Origin: a virus
Lineage: Duplodnaviria; Caudoviricetes
Virus record (IMG/VR): IMGVR_UViG_3300037313_000688
Coordinates: 1 to 59,423 of that record
Length of the DNA stretch: 59,423 nucleotides
Direction: 5' to 3' (one strand)
Below the pieces are notes generated by a model that saw nothing but the letters and a program-made list of their open reading frames with translations, had not been told where the DNA came from and did not search any database. How positions within the stretch are numbered: the first letter of the stretch is position 1; the number at the start of each line of letters is the position of its first letter. Positions 27,150 to 36,579 of this stretch are shown here, piece by piece. Made by a program: the position numbers and the translations under genes.

Positions 27150-30071
27150 GTGGACATCGAGCGGATCGTCGTGACCCTGGTCGCCGACGCCTCCCAGTAC
27201 AACCGGGTGATGGCGTCCAGCGTCACCACCCTGACCACCACCGTCCGCCAGATGGCGAACATGGGGCCGGTGTTCGACGCCGCGGTCCGGGTGCCGATCA
27301 TCGCCGCGGCCGGGGCCGTCGGGGCGGTGACGGTCGCCGCCGGGGCCGCGGTGTACCAGGGGATCCGCCTCGCCGCGTCCTACGAGAAGGCCGGGATCGC
27401 CTTCGAGGTGATGACCGGGTCGGCCGAGCGGGGCCGGCAGATGCTGGAGGACATCAACCAGCTCGCCCTCGCCACCCCGTTCCGCTCGACCGAGCTGGTC
27501 GAGGGGGCGAAGGAGCTGAAGGCGTTCGGGGTGGGGACGGAGAACGTCATCCCCGCCCTCCAGGCGCTGGGGGACGTGTCCGCCGGGACCGGGACGTCCC
27601 TCGGCCGCCTCACCCTAGCGTTCGGCCAGGTGATGACCGTCGGCCACCTGACCGGGCAGGAGCTCCGGCAGTTCAACAACGCCGGCGTGCCGATGGCGGA
27701 GAACCTGGCCGCCGTGATGAACAAGCCCATCGAGTCGATCCAGCACCTGGTCCGGCAGGGGAAGGTCGGGGCGAACGACGTGATCGCCGCGTTCAACCGG
27801 ATGACCGGCGAGGGCGGGACGTTCAACGACATGATGCGGCGGCTGAACGACACGGTCTCCGGCCAGTGGAACACCCTGGTCGAGAACCTGGAGTTCCTGG
27901 CCCGGGACATGGGCACGGCGTTCTTCGAGGGCACCCGGCTCAAAGACCTGCTGAAGTCGGCCAACTCGTGGTTCACCGGGGTCCGGGAGGGGATGCAGGG
28001 CGAGGGTCACGGGGGGTGGACGGAGTGGTTCGCCCAGGTCCGGCGGAACGTCGAGTGGCTGTCTGGCCAGGGAAGGGCGTTCCTAGACGTGTTCAAGGAG
28101 GGGCTGAACTTCGAGGGGATCGGCGAGGGGATCACCGGGATCGCCGACCGGGTCCGCGAGGCGTTCAAGTCGGGCGAGGTGGACCGGTTCCTGGCCGACG
28201 CTCGGGCCAAACTGGCCGCCTTTTTCGACTTCGCCGGCGACCGGGCGCTGATCTTCTATCGGACCGCCGCCAGCGCCTACCGCGGGCTGGTCGAGGTGGT
28301 GACGGACTTCTACCGGCAGGGGGCGGAGTGGGCCGGCCGCAACGAGCGGTCGATCCAGAACGTCGCGGCCGTGTTGGCGGTGGTGACGGCCGGGGTGGTG
28401 GCGTGGCGGGCGGCCGCGGCCGTCGTCCTGCCCGTGTACACCGCGATCCGTGCCGCCGTGGTGTCGGTCGGGGCCGCGATGACCGCGGTCAACGCCGTGC
28501 TTCGCACCTCCTACACCCTGACCGCCACGTTCTCGGCCACCCTGGCCAGCATCCAGGCGGCCGCGTCGTTCGTCCTCCCGACCGCGGTCCTGGGGGTCTT
28601 CGGCGTGGCCCTCGGAACCCTGGCGGCCCAGTGGATCGACTTCGACCGGACCATCCAGAGCGGGATCAAGACCGCGGTGGACCTGTTCCGCCAACTGGCC
28701 GACACGGCGAGCACCGTCTGGGACGGGTTCTCGGCCGCCATGCGGGCGAACAACCCGGAACTGGCTTGGAAGGTCGTCACTAAGGGCATCGAGTTGGGGT
28801 GGAAGCAGACGCTGAACGCCATGAAGGCGGAGTGGAAGCGGTTCAAGTCGGAGGAGTTCGAGGACACGGAGATCGACTTCGGGTCGGGCATCCGGCTGGC
28901 CCAGAACGACTTCTCGGCGTGGATGAAGCGGGTGTCGGCCCAAACGGGCGAGTTCCTGATGACCGACCCCGACTCGGACAAGCGGCTCAAGGACCAGCTC
29001 GCTGCCATCGAGCAGGCCCGGAAGGACGCCGAGGCCGGGATCGTCAACCAGAACGTGTTCCTCCACCTCGTCCGCCAGGTGGAGATGGAGCGGGAGATGG
29101 CCAAGGTCAAGGCGGAGGGGGTGGCCGGGTTGAAGGAGGAGCTGGAGGTGTTGCGGCAGCAGGCCAAGGCGGAGGAGGCGAAGGCCATCGAGATGAAGGA
29201 GCAGGAGGCGCTGGCCAAGCGGATCGCCGCCGCCCAGGCCGAGGCTGTCCGGAACGCCCAGGTCGGGTACGAGAGGGTGGGGGAAGCGATCAAGGAGGCG
29301 GCAAAAACTGTCAAGTCCCCCCTCGGTTCGGCGTACATCCCGCACCCGAACGCGGTCGTCAACCCGGGGATGGCGGCGGCCGCCTCGTTCATGGGGCTGA
29401 ACTTCCGCGACCTCCCCGGGGCGTTCATCAACCCGGCCCGGTTCCCGAACAACCCGCTGTCCGCGATCCGGAACGAGCCGACCGCCCCGTTCAACCCCCT
29501 CAACCCGTTCGGGGCGCTGGGGGGCGGGGCGCTCCTGCCGTTCACCGGACCGGTTCGGAAGGAGATCGAGAAGATTTTTACGTTCGACGCCAAGGTGGCG
29601 GAGCTGGCCGACAAGATCAACAAGACCTTCGAGGACGGGGTGACGGACGTGCAGAAGCTGGGGACGGAGATCCGGCGGACATTCCAAGCGGCCTCCGTCG
29701 CTCCGGCTGCCGCAGCCGCGGCGATGGGCGGGGCGGCCGCGTTCACCGCCGGCGCCCAGCAGATCACGGAGGAGGAGAAGAACGCGGCCTTGTTCCAAGA
29801 CTTCCAGAAGGTGCTGGGTTTCGTCAAGGATGAACTGGTCCCCAAGCAACCCCCGACCCTCACCGCCGGGAGCACCCAAGCCATGGACGCCATCAACAAG
29901 GCGAATCTAGAAAGTCGGGTGAACGAGCTGAAGGTGATCGACGTCCTCCAGCAGGCGAACGCCAAGCACGAGCGGCAGATCGCCGAGGCCAAACGGATCG
30001 CCGACAAGATGGAGGAGGCGGCCCGGAACGGGGTGTCCCTGGTGTTCAAGAAGATCGAGCAGAAGAAGTAA
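27150..30071 (+). CDS. Tape measure protein
   Basis: 973 aa, Ala-rich helical; AFEVMTGS, ATPF, LGDVSAG, AFGQV...LTGQELRQF..AGVP. Confidence 0.95.
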   Translation: MDIERIVVTLVADASQYNRVMASSVTTLTTTVRQMANMGPVFDAAVRVPIIAAAGAVGAVTVAAGAAVYQGIRLAASYEKAGIAFEVMTGSAERGRQMLEDINQLALATPFRSTELVEGAKELKAFGVGTENVIPALQALGDVSAGTGTSLGRLTLAFGQVMTVGHLTGQELRQFNNAGVPMAENLAAVMNKPIESIQHLVRQGKVGANDVIAAFNRMTGEGGTFNDMMRRLNDTVSGQWNTLVENLEFLARDMGTAFFEGTRLKDLLKSANSWFTGVREGMQGEGHGGWTEWFAQVRRNVEWLSGQGRAFLDVFKEGLNFEGIGEGITGIADRVREAFKSGEVDRFLADARAKLAAFFDFAGDRALIFYRTAASAYRGLVEVVTDFYRQGAEWAGRNERSIQNVAAVLAVVTAGVVAWRAAAAVVLPVYTAIRAAVVSVGAAMTAVNAVLRTSYTLTATFSATLASIQAAASFVLPTAVLGVFGVALGTLAAQWIDFDRTIQSGIKTAVDLFRQLADTASTVWDGFSAAMRANNPELAWKVVTKGIELGWKQTLNAMKAEWKRFKSEEFEDTEIDFGSGIRLAQNDFSAWMKRVSAQTGEFLMTDPDSDKRLKDQLAAIEQARKDAEAGIVNQNVFLHLVRQVEMEREMAKVKAEGVAGLKEELEVLRQQAKAEEAKAIEMKEQEALAKRIAAAQAEAVRNAQVGYERVGEAIKEAAKTVKSPLGSAYIPHPNAVVNPGMAAAASFMGLNFRDLPGAFINPARFPNNPLSAIRNEPTAPFNPLNPFGALGGGALLPFTGPVRKEIEKIFTFDAKVAELADKINKTFEDGVTDVQKLGTEIRRTFQAASVAPAAAAAAMGGAAAFTAGAQQITEEEKNAALFQDFQKVLGFVKDELVPKQPPTLTAGSTQAMDAINKANLESRVNELKVIDVLQQANAKHERQIAEAKRIADKMEEAARNGVSLVFKKIEQKK

Positions 30072-30073
30072 CC

Positions 30074-31147
30074 ATGCCGAAAATCACCGGCTACTACGCC
30101 CAGTGGTTCGAGTCCGTTGACGAGCTTGACACCAAGCACGACGGCACGGTGTTCGACGCCAACGACGGCCACCGGGAGTACACCCGCCAGTTCCTCGTCC
30201 GGGTGGTGGACAAGCGGCTCGGCCCCCTGGCCGTCTGCACCGCCCAGTTCCTCCCCCGGCCGTGGTCGTCGTACCAGTCGAAGGACGGGCTGGAGTGGGA
30301 CATCCGGGCGCTGGCCCAGCAGATCAGCGCCAAGCAGGACGACGGCGACTGGGCGCAGTGGACCGTCACGGTCAAGTATTCGACCCGCATGCCGCCCGGG
30401 GGCATCCCGCAGAACCCGGGGTGGCCGGCCGGCCCGGACGGGGTCGGCGGGCACCAGAAGGGGGCGGCGAACAACCCCGAGCTGGAGCCGCCGGAGGAGC
30501 GGTGGGAGATGCTGGAGGTCCACCGGGCCTGGCCGGTGGACCTGGACGGGAAGGCGTTTGTCAACACCGCGTCCGTCCCCCTGAACCCGGCCCCGGCCGT
30601 CGAGGTCGGCATGCCGGTGTACGTGCTGACCCGGAACGAGCTGAACTTCAACTACGACACGGCGGCCAAGTATTCGTTCGCCGTGAACTCGGACACCATC
30701 TTCGGCGGGGCCAAGCCTGGGATGGTCCGCCTCCGCCCGCCGGTGGCGACCAAGCAGTTCAAGGGGGATTACGAGTACTGGCGGGTGACGTACCGGTTCG
30801 AGATCTTCGTCCCGTTCGTCGCCGACTTCGGGGACGGGGAGAGGGTGATCCAGAAGGACTGGCAGCCGGTGTACCTGAACATGGGCCTCCAGGAGCTGAA
30901 GCTCCTGCCGAAGCAGGGCGGCGGCTTCGAGTACCGGCCGAACCCGATCTACTCGGTCGGCGGCCAGACGATCAGCGAGCCGGTGTTCCTGAACGCCCTC
31001 GGCACCCGGAAGGAGTCCCAGACGGTGAAGGACAAGGACGGGGTGGACCAGCAGGTGATCCTGCCCGAGTTCATCTACCGCCGGGTGTACCGGTCGCTCC
31101 CGTTCAAGAAGCTGATCGAGGGCGGTCTGGACCAAAAGGTTCCGTAA
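30074..31147 (+). CDS. Putative distal tail/tail tip protein
   Basis: Directly follows the tape measure gene; 357 aa, aromatic- and beta-rich. Confidence 0.65.
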   Translation: MPKITGYYAQWFESVDELDTKHDGTVFDANDGHREYTRQFLVRVVDKRLGPLAVCTAQFLPRPWSSYQSKDGLEWDIRALAQQISAKQDDGDWAQWTVTVKYSTRMPPGGIPQNPGWPAGPDGVGGHQKGAANNPELEPPEERWEMLEVHRAWPVDLDGKAFVNTASVPLNPAPAVEVGMPVYVLTRNELNFNYDTAAKYSFAVNSDTIFGGAKPGMVRLRPPVATKQFKGDYEYWRVTYRFEIFVPFVADFGDGERVIQKDWQPVYLNMGLQELKLLPKQGGGFEYRPNPIYSVGGQTISEPVFLNALGTRKESQTVKDKDGVDQQVILPEFIYRRVYRSLPFKKLIEGGLDQKVP

Positions 31148-31157
31148 GGAGGGCACC

Positions 31158-31655
31158 GTGGCAGAAACCAGTAAGGTCAGTGGCAATCTGGTGGTTTCCG
31201 GCAACCTGAAGGCCGGGTCGTTCGACATGCCGGCCAACTCCGTCGGGGACACGGAGATGACGGCCGCCCGGCCGGCGGACGTGGACAAGGTGCTCCACCT
31301 GCACCAGCACGTCTACGCCCAGAACCGGTCGGCGGCGGTGGCGACCGAGCGCAAGGCGGCGTTCGTCGCCTACGCCGACGGGGTAGTCCTGGACGTGACC
31401 GCGGCCGTCACCCAGGCGGCGGTGGGGGACAGCACGGTGACGGTGGACGTGTACAAGAACGGGGCGTCGATCCTGTCCTCCGTGCTGACGTTCGACAGCG
31501 GGGACGCGGCTTTCGCTTCCCAGTCGGCCGCCCTGTCGTCCCCGGGGTACTCGGCCGGCCAGGTGGTCGAGGTTGTCGTCACCAGTACCCCCGGGACCGG
31601 AACCCCGCCCCGCGGGCTGGCGGTCACGGTCACGGCCAAGGAAGCGAGCGCTTGA
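31158..31655 (+). CDS. Putative tail tip/fibre-associated protein
   Basis: AGGAGG RBS; TVTVDVYKNGASIL...GLAVTV beta-sandwich motif seen in phage fibres. Confidence 0.7.
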   Translation: MAETSKVSGNLVVSGNLKAGSFDMPANSVGDTEMTAARPADVDKVLHLHQHVYAQNRSAAVATERKAAFVAYADGVVLDVTAAVTQAAVGDSTVTVDVYKNGASILSSVLTFDSGDAAFASQSAALSSPGYSAGQVVEVVVTSTPGTGTPPRGLAVTVTAKEASA

Positions 31656-31656
31656 C

Positions 31657-32181
31657 ATGCCCGACGAGGGGGTGCTCCTGGACTCCGAGTCGTTCGACGT
31701 CCTGGTCAAGACGCTGAACACCATCCAGGACCAGATCACGGCTCTTAACGGCGACCCGGCCCGGCGCAAGGTGGTGCCGCAGGTCGGCATGGGTCCGACG
31801 CCGGTCACGTTCAAGGTGACGAGCAACAAGGCCGGGAGTTACTGGCCGGCAATACTGACGTTCCGAATCCCGGACGCGACCGCCCCGAACGACTGGTACG
31901 ACCTGACGGCGGTCCGGGCGCTGCCGATGAACGACGAGAAGGCGGAGGTCGGCCGCCGCTACCAGGGGATGCTGACCGGGTACACGACCACGGACGGGTC
32001 GTCGGTGTACCCGGTGGTGATCTTCGGGGGCGACAACTCGGCGATCAGCATCGACGTCCCGATCTCGTTCGACGTGAACCCCGGGCCGCCCTGCACCCTG
32101 ACCGTCCGGGAGTACCGCCGGTACTACATCCGGGCGGGGTTCATCGAGATCGTCAGCACCACCGTCATCCCGGGGCCGTAA
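31657..32181 (+). CDS. Hypothetical tail-region protein
   Basis: ATG 31657 (MPDEGVLL); fills the gap with normal codon bias. Confidence 0.65.
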   Translation: MPDEGVLLDSESFDVLVKTLNTIQDQITALNGDPARRKVVPQVGMGPTPVTFKVTSNKAGSYWPAILTFRIPDATAPNDWYDLTAVRALPMNDEKAEVGRRYQGMLTGYTTTDGSSVYPVVIFGGDNSAISIDVPISFDVNPGPPCTLTVREYRRYYIRAGFIEIVSTTVIPGP

Positions 32182-32184
32182 GCC

Positions 32185-33267
32185 GTGGCCGTAGCAGACC
32201 CCGTCCCGCCCATCGACCTGACCCCCTACGGGTGCGACTGCTGCGGGACCGAGTGCCAGTGCGTCACCTGCCCGGACACCTGTCCGGCCCGGCTGTGCGC
32301 TCTTTTTGAGGGCGGGACGTTCGACCTGTCCTCCGGGAGCGAGGTCGTGTCCCGGGTCAGTCTGCCGTTCGACGCCTCCCTGGCGCTGATCGAGCCGGGG
32401 TCGAGCGGGGGGTACACGAACGCCGGGACGGCCGGGGCGAACCCGGCGATCAGCGTGTACTGCTTCCCGTGGGGGTTCCGGGTCCACGTCGATTTCGGCT
32501 ACCGCCGGTCGCTCACCCCCGACTACGTCTGGAACGCCAGCTACGAGCTGGACGTGCTGGTGGAGTCGTGTGCCGAGGGCACCTGGCCGCGTGACCTGAC
32601 CGTCCCGCTGGTGTCGGTGAACACCGACACCGACCCGACGTACTCCCCGCCGTCGTCCGTTCGGGTGATCCTGTCCGACCCGAACGACGCCGCCGACCCG
32701 ACCCACGCCGACTGCTGCTACTACACCGAACCCGACTTCCTGTGCTCCCGGCTGATCTCGGCCCTCCCGGCGGCCGTGTCGGTGGCCCTGACGACCACGG
32801 TCGGCAGCGGCCCGGACCCGTTCGCCTCGGGACCATACTACTGCCCGCTGGTCGGGGTGGTCACGGGCACGAACTACTGCTGGACGGCGGTGTACCAGTC
32901 GGTGGACGAGGTGGTCTGGTCGTGCCCCGGGTGCGACCTGGTGTCCTACGTCCGGGTCCAGGTGGATGGCAACTTCTTCCCCCACCGGTACTCCCCGGCG
33001 TCCCTCCCGCCGCCGGGCACGGCTCTGGTGTCGGTCAGCGGGGAGCTGGCCATCCGGACGACGGGGGAGGGCGGGTGCGGGATCACCCAGCTCGTCGCTC
33101 CCCCGTTCATCACCTACGGCAGCGTCACCCGCTACCGAGCGCCGTGTGAGAACTTCGCCGGCGGGGCCGCACGGGTCGAAGGGTTCTGGTCGTTCACGGC
33201 CGGCAACCCGTGCGACGCCCAGGCGTTCACCGGGTGGGTCGATACGTTCACGGTAACGGAGCTGTGA
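32185..33267 (+). CDS. Cysteine-rich tail-region protein
   Basis: GCDCCGTECQCVTCPDTCP N-terminus plus further Cys throughout. Confidence 0.7.
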   Translation: MAVADPVPPIDLTPYGCDCCGTECQCVTCPDTCPARLCALFEGGTFDLSSGSEVVSRVSLPFDASLALIEPGSSGGYTNAGTAGANPAISVYCFPWGFRVHVDFGYRRSLTPDYVWNASYELDVLVESCAEGTWPRDLTVPLVSVNTDTDPTYSPPSSVRVILSDPNDAADPTHADCCYYTEPDFLCSRLISALPAAVSVALTTTVGSGPDPFASGPYYCPLVGVVTGTNYCWTAVYQSVDEVVWSCPGCDLVSYVRVQVDGNFFPHRYSPASLPPPGTALVSVSGELAIRTTGEGGCGITQLVAPPFITYGSVTRYRAPCENFAGGAARVEGFWSFTAGNPCDAQAFTGWVDTFTVTEL

Positions 33268-33268
33268 C

Positions 33269-34606
33269 ATGACGGAGCTGACTGCGGCAAAACTGGCTAA
33301 AATAGCGGCCCTCGACGCCACCACCGAGTCCCTGCTCGCCGCCGGGTTCCCGTTCGCCGGCACGTCGTTCTCGCTGGGGAAGGACAACCGGGACGCCTTC
33401 GCCGGCCTCCTGGTCCCGGCGGTCCGCCGGGACGCCCCGCCGTACCCGGGCATCGTGGACGTGGACGGGGTGTCGTACACCCCGCCGACCCTGACCGACC
33501 TGACCGACATGGTGGAAGCCGGCCGGGAGTTCTACCACTCCGTCGCCGTCCCGCACCTGGAGCTGGTCGGCGAGGTGGCCAACGCGACCACGGTGGAAGC
33601 CGTGGACGCGGTGACGGACGACCGGGCGCTTCCCGGGGACACGGAGGGGCGGAGTCCCGCTACGTTCGCCAGGCCGGCCCCGAAAAAGGTGCGGTGGAAG
33701 CTGAACTGCGTGTCCCTCGGGGACAAGGTGGACCCGGCGAAGTGCGGGTCTCGGGTCTACCGGTGCGACCTTTTCCAGACGACCACGGCCCAGGTGTCCC
33801 GGTGCGACGACGCCGAGCGGTGCTGCCAGGACTGCCGGTTCTTCGTCCAGGGGGAGAGGAAGTTGCAAAAACCGCCGGCGGACCCGAAGGTGGTCAGGCC
33901 GGTAAAAGCTGACAAACCCGGGGACTGGGTCGGCGGCAGATTGGTGCTGACCGCCGCGGTCGGGGGGAATGGGAAGAAGTGGCTGGCGATCACCCGGCCG
34001 CTGATGGAAGCTTATGCGGCTAGGGTCGGGGCCGCGTTCGACGTGCTCACCGGGGGCGACGAGAACTACCCGCTCGGGGAGAAGTGGCGGATCGGCGGGT
34101 ACGTCCGGCGGTACGATCGGGTGCTGTTCCTGGACGCCGACGTGGTGGTCGCCCCGGACTGCCCGGACCTGTTCGCGGCGGTGCCAGAGGACCGGTTGGG
34201 CGTCCGGGACGACTGGCCGTGGCTCTGCACCGAGGTCGGCACGCAGGTCACGCGGGACTGGATGGAGCCGGAGATCCGGAACATCCGGGCCTACGCCGGC
34301 CGGCCCGGGCCGTTCCCGTCCACCTGCTACAACACCGGGGTGATGGTACTGTCACCGAGACACGCCCCTCTGTTCGACCCCCCGGCCAAGCCCCTGCCCA
34401 AGTACCACTGCACCGAGCAGCACTGGTTCAACCTGAACGTGCTGGACCAAGCTCCCCCGGTCTCCGAGCTGCCGTGGGAGCTTCACTGGCACCCGTTCAT
34501 CGACCGGAAGTGGGCGAGGACGGCGGGGGTGAAGGTGTGGCACTTTGCGGGGGAGAAGGATCGGGAGCGATTGCTCCGGCAGAAAGTATCTGAATTTTCC
34601 GGATGA
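33269..34606 (+). CDS. Fusion: DUF4376-like domain, Cys cluster and GT-A glycosyltransferase (GT8-like)
   Basis: YDRVLFLDADVVV (DxD), YNTGVMVL, EQHWFN, VWHFAG; N-terminal AGFPFAG...VEAVDAV. Confidence 0.8.
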   Translation: MTELTAAKLAKIAALDATTESLLAAGFPFAGTSFSLGKDNRDAFAGLLVPAVRRDAPPYPGIVDVDGVSYTPPTLTDLTDMVEAGREFYHSVAVPHLELVGEVANATTVEAVDAVTDDRALPGDTEGRSPATFARPAPKKVRWKLNCVSLGDKVDPAKCGSRVYRCDLFQTTTAQVSRCDDAERCCQDCRFFVQGERKLQKPPADPKVVRPVKADKPGDWVGGRLVLTAAVGGNGKKWLAITRPLMEAYAARVGAAFDVLTGGDENYPLGEKWRIGGYVRRYDRVLFLDADVVVAPDCPDLFAAVPEDRLGVRDDWPWLCTEVGTQVTRDWMEPEIRNIRAYAGRPGPFPSTCYNTGVMVLSPRHAPLFDPPAKPLPKYHCTEQHWFNLNVLDQAPPVSELPWELHWHPFIDRKWARTAGVKVWHFAGEKDRERLLRQKVSEFSG

Positions 34607-34841
34607 TCCCCCGCAGGTAGTCCTCGTCCTTCCAGTGCTGATCTATCCAGCCGTCCTGTTCCTTGACGCGGTCGGTCAAGGACTCGATCTTGGCGTTCTT
34701 TTCGGCGAGCAGTTGTTCCCGGTGGTTTACTTGCTTCCGGTACAGACTTCGGTCGTCTTGGACGACAAGTGCGACGATGACCAGGGTTAAATTCAGCGCT
34801 CCACTGACGTAAAGCAGGGTGAAACAGGTGTCGTAGCTCAT
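34497..34841 (-). CDS. Small TM/coiled-coil protein
   Basis: N-terminal hydrophobic helix; TAATG coupling; overlaps the GT gene convergently. Confidence 0.55.
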   Translation of the reverse strand: MSYDTCFTLLYVSGALNLTLVIVALVVQDDRSLYRKQVNHREQLLAEKNAKIESLTDRVKEQDGWIDQHWKDEDYLRGIIRKIQILSAGAIAPDPSPPQSATPSPPPSSPTSGR

Positions 34842-35146
34842 TACTTCCCCCGGGTCAGGAGTTTGAACTTCCGGTCCAGCTCGTCCAGGTGCTTCTGTGA
34901 CGTCTGGATCAGCTCCATCTGCTCCCGGACGTGCCGGACCTTCTGTTCCGTGAGTTTGGCCTCGTACACGGTTTTCGTCCCCTCGTAGACCAGCACCCCG
35001 CCGACCCCGAGGCCGAACACCAGGCAGGACACCCCGACGACGACGTGCTTCATTGCCGACTCGGCCCGGCGCTCTGCCTCCCCCCGCCGGCGTACCGCGA
35101 GTTTGCGCCGCTCCTGACCGTTCCAGCTAGTCGATGCGGATGACAT
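34841..35146 (-). CDS. Small TM/coiled-coil protein (start may be 35053)
   Basis: VVVGVSCLVFGLGVGGVLVY helix followed by a coiled coil. Confidence 0.6.
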   Translation of the reverse strand: MSSASTSWNGQERRKLAVRRRGEAERRAESAMKHVVVGVSCLVFGLGVGGVLVYEGTKTVYEAKLTEQKVRHVREQMELIQTSQKHLDELDRKFKLLTRGK

Positions 35147-35678
35147 TGCCGACCTCCAGTTCCCGCAGGTGGGTGCTCATGACGATCTGCACCCCGAGTT
35201 CGGTTGCTAGCGCCTCCAACAGGTCACGCACCCGCGGGAGGTATTCTTCTGACACCCACTTGAATGGCTCGTCCAAAACCATCATCCGTCTTACCGGCGG
35301 GTTGTGCAGGAGTAAAGCCGCCAGTCGCAAGGCGAACGCGGCCACGTCCACCTGGCCCAGCCCGGACTCGTCCACCGGGTCCAGCTCCTTGCCGTCCCGG
35401 ACGAACACCGGCCGGGCCTCCGTCTTCCCCCGTTTGGCTTCCAGCTTCAGCCGGAACAGGTAGGCGTGCTCCCCGAACACCTCCCGCAGGCACCGGGACA
35501 CCAGGGCGGACACCTTCCGCTGGGCCTTCCCCTGGACCTCGGCGGCGACCGCCTGGATCAGCGCCTGGGCCTCCATCGCCGCCCGGACCAATCCCCGGAG
35601 CTGTTTCAACCGCTGGCGCTCTTTCCTGGCCGTCGTCTTGGCGTGCAGGTATTCGGCGTACACGCGGTCTGGGTTCAC
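35127..35678 (-). CDS. SbcC/Rad50-like ATPase, C-terminal half
   Basis: Signature-like ESGLGQVDV, Walker B MMVLDEPF, H-loop IVMSTH; no Walker A. Confidence 0.88.
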   Translation of the reverse strand: MNPDRVYAEYLHAKTTARKERQRLKQLRGLVRAAMEAQALIQAVAAEVQGKAQRKVSALVSRCLREVFGEHAYLFRLKLEAKRGKTEARPVFVRDGKELDPVDESGLGQVDVAAFALRLAALLLHNPPVRRMMVLDEPFKWVSEEYLPRVRDLLEALATELGVQIVMSTHLRELEVGNVIRID

Positions 35679-35926
35679 ATTACCACCTTCTTTCCTTTCC
35701 ACTTCGGGAACCGCCCGCGGCGGAAGGGGTTAGGGTACGCCACCCATTTCAGCGACTCCTGCGGCATCCAACTTTCGTAGGTTTTCCTATGCTGCTCGTA
35801 CTCCACCTTGTACAGCACCAACCTCCAGTCGTCGCTGAACTTCACCCCAACTACCTTGCCGTTCATCGCCGGGTTGAAGTCGAACCGAACCATAGTGCCG
35901 TATGCCCAGACGTACCGGTCTTCCAC
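35675..35926 (-). CDS. Small SH3-like protein, paralog of the 35930 C-terminus
   Basis: VWAYGTMVRF...GKVVGVK...YKVEY...ESW. Confidence 0.6.
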   Translation of the reverse strand: MEDRYVWAYGTMVRFDFNPAMNGKVVGVKFSDDWRLVLYKVEYEQHRKTYESWMPQESLKWVAYPNPFRRGRFPKWKGKKVVM

Positions 35927-35929
35927 GGG

Positions 35930-36328
35930 TCAGTCCTCCCGGCGGAACCCGATCTTGAGGGTCGGCGGCTTCTGGGTGGCGGCGATCTCGAACCCCTCCA
36001 CCCACGCCTCCTTCCGGTCGTTCCCGGCCCACCACGCTATGCAGTACTGGACCCGGCACCCCTCCTGGACCTTGACCGCCGTGACCCGACCCGGCACTTT
36101 GGAGTCCCGGAACTCGACCGGGGTGCCCGGCGGCCACACGTTCAGCACGTCTGGCCCGGTCGGCTCCGGCGGGGTGGCGTCGGCCGGGTCCACCGGTGAC
36201 GGTTCCATCGGCGCTTTGCACTTTTTACAAAACCGCTGCGGGTACGGCTTGGCCGGGTCGTCGGTCCAGTACGACAGTCGCAGGCCGCACACCGGACACT
36301 CCATCGACTTCTGGTACTGACCGGTCAT
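35930..36328 (-). CDS. Zn-ribbon plus SH3-like protein
   Basis: CPVCG...CKKC; VWPPGTPVEF...GRVTAVK...YCIAW...EAW. Confidence 0.65.
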   Translation of the reverse strand: MTGQYQKSMECPVCGLRLSYWTDDPAKPYPQRFCKKCKAPMEPSPVDPADATPPEPTGPDVLNVWPPGTPVEFRDSKVPGRVTAVKVQEGCRVQYCIAWWAGNDRKEAWVEGFEIAATQKPPTLKIGFRRED

Positions 36329-36579
36329 TCGTCGTCCCCCACTTTCTCTTTCCACTTCTTCAGGAATTCGGCCCGGGCCTTGGCGTACTTCTTCGCCGCC
36401 TCGGCCTCCCTCGCCTGGAGGTCGGCCAAAAGGGCTTCGGCCTCCTCGACTGTGCTGACTTTGAACTCCTTCTTCAGTCGGGCCATGAGTTCGTCCGCCG
36501 CCCCCTTCAGCCGATCCCGGCGGGACTTCGCCGCGTCCACCTTCCGTTTCAAACGCTGGTAGTCATCCAGCATGAGCAT
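36325..36579 (-). CDS. Small coiled-coil protein, possibly the missing SbcC arm segment
   Basis: 84 aa charged heptads; located between sbcD and the SbcC C-half. Confidence 0.7.
   Translation of the reverse strand: MLMLDDYQRLKRKVDAAKSRRDRLKGAADELMARLKKEFKVSTVEEAEALLADLQAREAEAAKKYAKARAEFLKKWKEKVGDDE

Noticed and set aside
5204-33510. Many long antisense or alternate-frame ORFs (e.g. 5204-7714, 21861-23756, 28511-31288)
   Set aside because: Arg/Gly/Pro-rich or mirror translations, expected from high GC3 opposite real genes
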